Assembly (NCBI RefSeq): GCF_038024865.1
Contig: NZ_CP133772.1
Coordinates: 8,131 to 72,130, forward strand
Source of the DNA: Oxyplasma meridianum
GTDB lineage: Archaea > Thermoplasmatota > Thermoplasmata > Thermoplasmatales > Thermoplasmataceae
Length of the DNA: 64,000 nt
Reading direction: 5' to 3'
In this document: one piece after another, positions 59,991 to 64,000 of the stretch
Numbering within the stretch: position 1 is the stretch's first letter
Layout: each line of letters begins with the position of its first letter
Notes under the pieces: model-generated
What the model was told of the DNA's origin: nothing
What the model saw: only the letters and a program-made list of their open reading frames with translations
The model's database searches: none
Made by a program: the position numbers and the translations under genes

Positions 59991-60637
59991 ATAAGTTATT
60001 GTAATTCCGCTTATATCTGTTGTGGAAAATTTTATTATAGAAGAGAAAATTAGAAAAGCCAATTATGATCTCGGGATTGATTATTTGGCATTAATATAGA
60101 TGGGAAAACAGGATGGAGGAATGAAGTAAAACTAAAAAATGAAGCACTGATTATTCCGTTTGTCAATTTAAAAGCCTCCTTTATTGCCATTCTAAAATGT
60201 CTACAGGTTTGTTTCAACTATTCCTCTTTAATTTAGGTCATCATTACATGCGATGAAAGTATTTTTGTAATATTTGATCAACGGGTCATAAGACATCCCA
60301 GAATGATATATTCCAAATGCCAATTAAGGGTATCAAGTGGTCGCGAACATCACCAAGGATGGCATAAAAAAAGATCCTACATGAATAATAAATGTTTTGC
60401 CTTCATCACCTGCTTGGGGCAATCTGTGGCTGTTAATGTTTGATATCTTGGATAATTTAAAAAGTGTCCTCCTCTGAATATTTTTCAAGTTGCCCTTAAC
60501 AAATGATTAAAGCAGCTTTAATCTAAGAATATTTCCATCTGGTTGAACAAAATTTTCATTATCTTGTAATCAGCCTATGTCGACCTATTTTATAAAGAGA
60601 TACTTTCCTTCTATGTATTGAATAATGGCACAAAATT

Positions 60638-61231
60638 TCAGAGAAGATTTTCAACTTCCATAAGGTCCTCGGGGTAATTCACATTGAAGAAACAATACTC
60701 CATTTCCTTTGTCTGAGGTATATCTATTGTCTCAAAATCTGAATTGAGTATAAACTCACGGAGGCTTTTTTTCCCGGAATTTATGTAAGTTTTTAAATCC
60801 TGAACTATGGTTCTGTTGTAAATAGCCATCATGGGCTCAATTTTGCCATTTTTCCAGCGGGGCACAACTGGTCTTCCATTATATACTTCGCACATTTTCC
60901 TGATGAATTCAGGCGAGACTAGGGGCATGTCTCCCGCGAAGGCCATAAAATCCATCTCCTCTTCAAGGGCAAATAAGAGGGAATTGATGAGTGTACCATT
61001 TGTGGTATCATTAATAATTCTGGCATTTTTTGTTGTCAGGTATCTGTCCTTTGAAATCACAATAACTTCATTAAAGCAACCGGAAAGCCTTATCTTTTCA
61101 AGTTCATAGTCAATGATCTGCTTGCCTCTGACAAGAAACCTGTGTTTTCCAGGAAATCGTTCACTCATCTTTACAAAAACAGTAGCTTTCATTCCACATG
61201 AGAATCTCATAGTTCCTTTTATGGTTTGCAA
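60638..61231 (-). CDS. mobA: MobA-like nucleotidyltransferase (molybdenum cofactor guanylyltransferase, tentative)
   Basis: The size, a 'GDMPLVSPEFI' motif typical of MobA (DMP), and the genomic context between the moa operon and fdhA support the call. The N-terminal GGxSxRMG motif is degenerate. Confidence 0.5.
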   Translation of the reverse strand: MQTIKGTMRFSCGMKATVFVKMSERFPGKHRFLVRGKQIIDYELEKIRLSGCFNEVIVISKDRYLTTKNARIINDTTNGTLINSLLFALEEEMDFMAFAGDMPLVSPEFIRKMCEVYNGRPVVPRWKNGKIEPMMAIYNRTIVQDLKTYINSGKKSLREFILNSDFETIDIPQTKEMEYCFFNVNYPEDLMEVENLL

Positions 61232-61672
61232 AAAAACTTAACCGTTCTCACCCAAAGTGGTTTCATATCTATAAGATAACTAAATTAATCATGGTATAAT
61301 AGAAATCTCTATCCGTATATATGAATGAAGTATTAGATTACTCAACATATGTATGTTTTTCAAATCTACGGACAAACCTGAAATTTCTCATCATTAAACC
61401 TGGAATATAAAAAAGAACAGTTTTCCTTAGCATCTATTGTATCCATACATTCTATTTGAAGCAGAAGATTTGATTGAAAAATATGTCATGAAACTTCAAT
61501 TGGATAATTTAATTGTAGCATCCTGTCACTTAAATCTTATTTATGGTATTTAATAAATATTTTCCTTCCAAAATAAGGCATAACAAAATCTAAATACAAT
61601 AATCTACTGGTTTATTAGTTGAATCCTGTAGCTTTGCAGCATTTTGTCTGTAAATATTGAAGGTGGATTTCT

Positions 61673-64000
61673 ATGGATGAAAATAATGTGCAAGTGAATA
61701 TAGATGGAAAGGACTACTCGATAAATAAAAATGTTAACTTTTTAAAATTTCTGGAATTAAACAACATCAAAGTGCCTCATGTCTGTTACCAAGAGAATCT
61801 TGGACCCATAGAGACTTGTGATGTCTGCATCGTGGAGGCAGAAGGGAGGCTTACAAGATCATGCTCACTGAAACCTGTGGATGGAATGAAAATAGTTACC
61901 GATTCAAGAAGAGTAAAAGAGGCACAGATTGAGGCAACCAACGTTATTCTTAAAAATCATGATCTTTACTGCACAATATGCGAGAACAACAACGGAGACT
62001 GCGATCTCCACAATACGGTGCTTTCACTTAAAATGGACATTCAGAAATATCCATTTAAAGAAAAACCCTACAAAGTCGATGAAACAAATCCATTCTACAG
62101 ATACGACCCAAACCAGTGCATACTGTGTGGAAGGTGTGTGGAGGCATGTCAGGAAGTTCAGGTTAACGAAACACTTTCAATAGATTGGAACAGGGAAATT
62201 CCAAGAGTCATATGGGACAACGATGTTCCCATAAACGATTCATCCTGTGTATCTTGCGGACACTGTGTAACAGTCTGCCCGGTAAATGCACTGATGGAGA
62301 AGCCTATGCTGGGGGAGGCTGGCTTCTTCACATCATTTTCTGACAACACGAAACAGATGATGATAAAGTCTGTAAAGTCTCTGGAGCCTTTCATTGGAAT
62401 GGGTCCCATAATGGGAATAAGCAACATAGAATCAAAACTGAGAGAATCACAGATCAAGAAGACAAAGACAGTATGTACATTCTGTGGAGTGGGGTGTTCC
62501 TTCGAAATGTGGACGAAGGGGAGAAAGATACTGAAGGTACAGCCTTCGCCAGAATCTCCCGCAAATGGAATATCAACCTGTATAAAGGGTAAATTCGGCT
62601 GGGACTTTGTAAACAGCAAAGAGAGACTTACCACTCCCCTGATAAGGGAGAATGGGAAATTCAGAAAGGCAACATGGGAGGAGGCCTTATCTAAAGTTGC
62701 ATCCAGACTCACAGAGATTAAAGAAAAATATGGCGGAGATTCTCTAATGTTTATTGCATCATCAAAGGGGACAAATGAGGAGAGCTATCTCGTTCAGAAG
62801 ATGGCAAGGCAGATATTTCATACAAACAATGTTGACAACAGTTCAAGATTCTGCCAGGCCCCAGCCACTACAGGTCTCTGGAGAACAGTAGGATATGGAG
62901 GGGATTCAGGATCAATGAGGGATATTTATGAATCTAAACTCATCCTTATTGTGGGATCCAATACTGCAGAATCCCATCCTGTCATTGCCACCAGGGTGAA
63001 GAGGGCACACAAGATGAATGGCCAGAAACTGATTGTTGCTGATCTTAGAAAACACGAAATGGCAAACAGGGCAGACATCTTCCTGCATCCTGCGCCGGGA
63101 ACTGATCTTGTATGGATATCTGCAATAACAAAATATATAATAGACAATAAATGGCACGACACTAAATTTATAGAAGAAAAAGTTAACAATTTTGAGGCGT
63201 ATTACAGGAGTCTTGACAGATTCACTATGGAATTTGCCGAAAAGACAACTGGAATAAAGAAGGATTTACTCATTAAGGTTGCAGAAACCATTCATCAGTC
63301 TCCGACAATGTGTATACTTTGGGCTATGGGTGTCACCCAGCAGGACTATGGGAGCGATACATCCACTGCCATATCAAATCTCCTTCTTGTCACAGGGAAT
63401 TATGGCAAGCCGGGCTGCGGTTCATACCCTCTAAGGGGGCATAACAATGTGCAGGGGGCAAGCGATTTCGGTGCAATGAATGCTTATTTCCCCGGTTACC
63501 AGAGAGTTGATAACGATTCCGCAAGAAAAAAATTCGAAATAGCATGGAACACCCAACTTCCTTCAAAACCAGGTTTCGACAACAACACATGCCTGGAGGC
63601 AGTGAAAAATGGCAACATCAAAGGGATGTATGTAATAGGGGAAGAACTTGTTGAAACTGGATCTGATTCCAACTTCATCAGAAAGAGACTTGAAGAATTG
63701 GATTTTCTAGTTGTGGAAGATTTATTCCTCTCTGAAACTGCCAGTTATGCAGACGTTGTTCTTCCTGCAGCCGCAAGCCTGGAAAAGGAGGGGACATTTG
63801 ACAATACAGAAAGAAGGATTCAGAGACTTTACAAAGTGTTTGAACCAGTGGAGGGAAGCAGACCGGACTGGGAGATTGTTCAGGATATTGCAAGGCTTGC
63901 TGGGGCAGACTGGAATTATAAACATCCATCAGAGATTATGTTGGAAGCCGCATCGCTTGCGCCAATATTCCAGCATGTATCATATGACAGACTTGAGGGT
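61673..64000 (+). CDS. fdhA: Formate dehydrogenase alpha subunit (molybdopterin oxidoreductase, FdhF/NuoG-like N-terminus), 5' partial
   Basis: GGTGG RBS 9 nt upstream. The N-terminus has a 2Fe-2S site (C..C..C..C), a 4Fe-4S 'CTICENNNGDCDLH', and two ferredoxin motifs 'CILCGRCVEAC' and 'CVSCGHCVTVCP'. The Mo-bisPGD domain carries a Cys ligand 'SSRFCQAPATTGL' (TGC, not TGA/Sec). The frame is open to the window end (776 codons). Confidence 0.85.
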   Translation, partial: MDENNVQVNIDGKDYSINKNVNFLKFLELNNIKVPHVCYQENLGPIETCDVCIVEAEGRLTRSCSLKPVDGMKIVTDSRRVKEAQIEATNVILKNHDLYCTICENNNGDCDLHNTVLSLKMDIQKYPFKEKPYKVDETNPFYRYDPNQCILCGRCVEACQEVQVNETLSIDWNREIPRVIWDNDVPINDSSCVSCGHCVTVCPVNALMEKPMLGEAGFFTSFSDNTKQMMIKSVKSLEPFIGMGPIMGISNIESKLRESQIKKTKTVCTFCGVGCSFEMWTKGRKILKVQPSPESPANGISTCIKGKFGWDFVNSKERLTTPLIRENGKFRKATWEEALSKVASRLTEIKEKYGGDSLMFIASSKGTNEESYLVQKMARQIFHTNNVDNSSRFCQAPATTGLWRTVGYGGDSGSMRDIYESKLILIVGSNTAESHPVIATRVKRAHKMNGQKLIVADLRKHEMANRADIFLHPAPGTDLVWISAITKYIIDNKWHDTKFIEEKVNNFEAYYRSLDRFTMEFAEKTTGIKKDLLIKVAETIHQSPTMCILWAMGVTQQDYGSDTSTAISNLLLVTGNYGKPGCGSYPLRGHNNVQGASDFGAMNAYFPGYQRVDNDSARKKFEIAWNTQLPSKPGFDNNTCLEAVKNGNIKGMYVIGEELVETGSDSNFIRKRLEELDFLVVEDLFLSETASYADVVLPAAASLEKEGTFDNTERRIQRLYKVFEPVEGSRPDWEIVQDIARLAGADWNYKHPSEIMLEAASLAPIFQHVSYDRLEG

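Noticed and set aside
62860-62875. Selenocysteine codon in fdhA
   Set aside because: The Mo-ligand position is encoded by TGC (Cys) and the frame contains no in-frame TGA. No SECIS search is needed.
1-64000. tRNA genes
   Set aside because: Scanning for T-loop (GGTTCGAATC / GTTCAAATC-type) and cloverleaf candidates gave only hits inside protein-coding genes. No convincing tRNA found.

Overview
This 64-kb window looks like a chromosomal segment of a Thermoplasmatales-type archaeon (about 40% GC). Gene order is archaeal (exosome superoperon, eL/eS ribosomal proteins, RpoP/RpoF, aIF6, Hjc), and the proteasome alpha subunit closely matches what I recall of Thermoplasma PsmA. The window is dense, mostly housekeeping coding sequence; I annotate 69 CDS.

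Main blocks:
- DNA repair and recombination: XPD helicase, RNase HII, a Xer-type tyrosine recombinase.
- One intact IS200/IS605-family (IS1341-type, tnpB-only) insertion sequence, plus three degenerate solo copies of its right end elsewhere in the window.
- Split methylmalonyl-CoA mutase genes (mcmA1-mcmA2-meaB).
- The conserved archaeal exosome superoperon: psmA-SBDS-[780-bp gap]-rrp4-rrp41-rrp42-rpl37ae-rpoP-pus10-rpl21e-rpoF-DUF655-ksgA.
- A second translation cluster: rps19e-PDCD5-like-rpl39e-rpl31e-eif6.
- ftsZ, pyrE/pyrF, cbiB/cobQ, an arsRCB arsenic-resistance operon, a moaEADCB molybdenum-cofactor cluster, a mobA-like gene, and the 5' part of a Cys-type formate dehydrogenase alpha subunit (61673..64000).

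Two protein genes absent from the ORF track because they are shorter than 60 aa were recovered: rpoP and rpl39e. An RNase P RNA gene lies on the minus strand at about 19119-19442. No tRNA, rRNA or CRISPR array was found.

The most system-like signal is the TnpB element. Its four right-end copies share a core whose internal stem-loop is preserved by compensating base changes, the pattern expected of a TnpB-associated omega-RNA scaffold. Two of the solo copies bracket the rpe gene in direct orientation.
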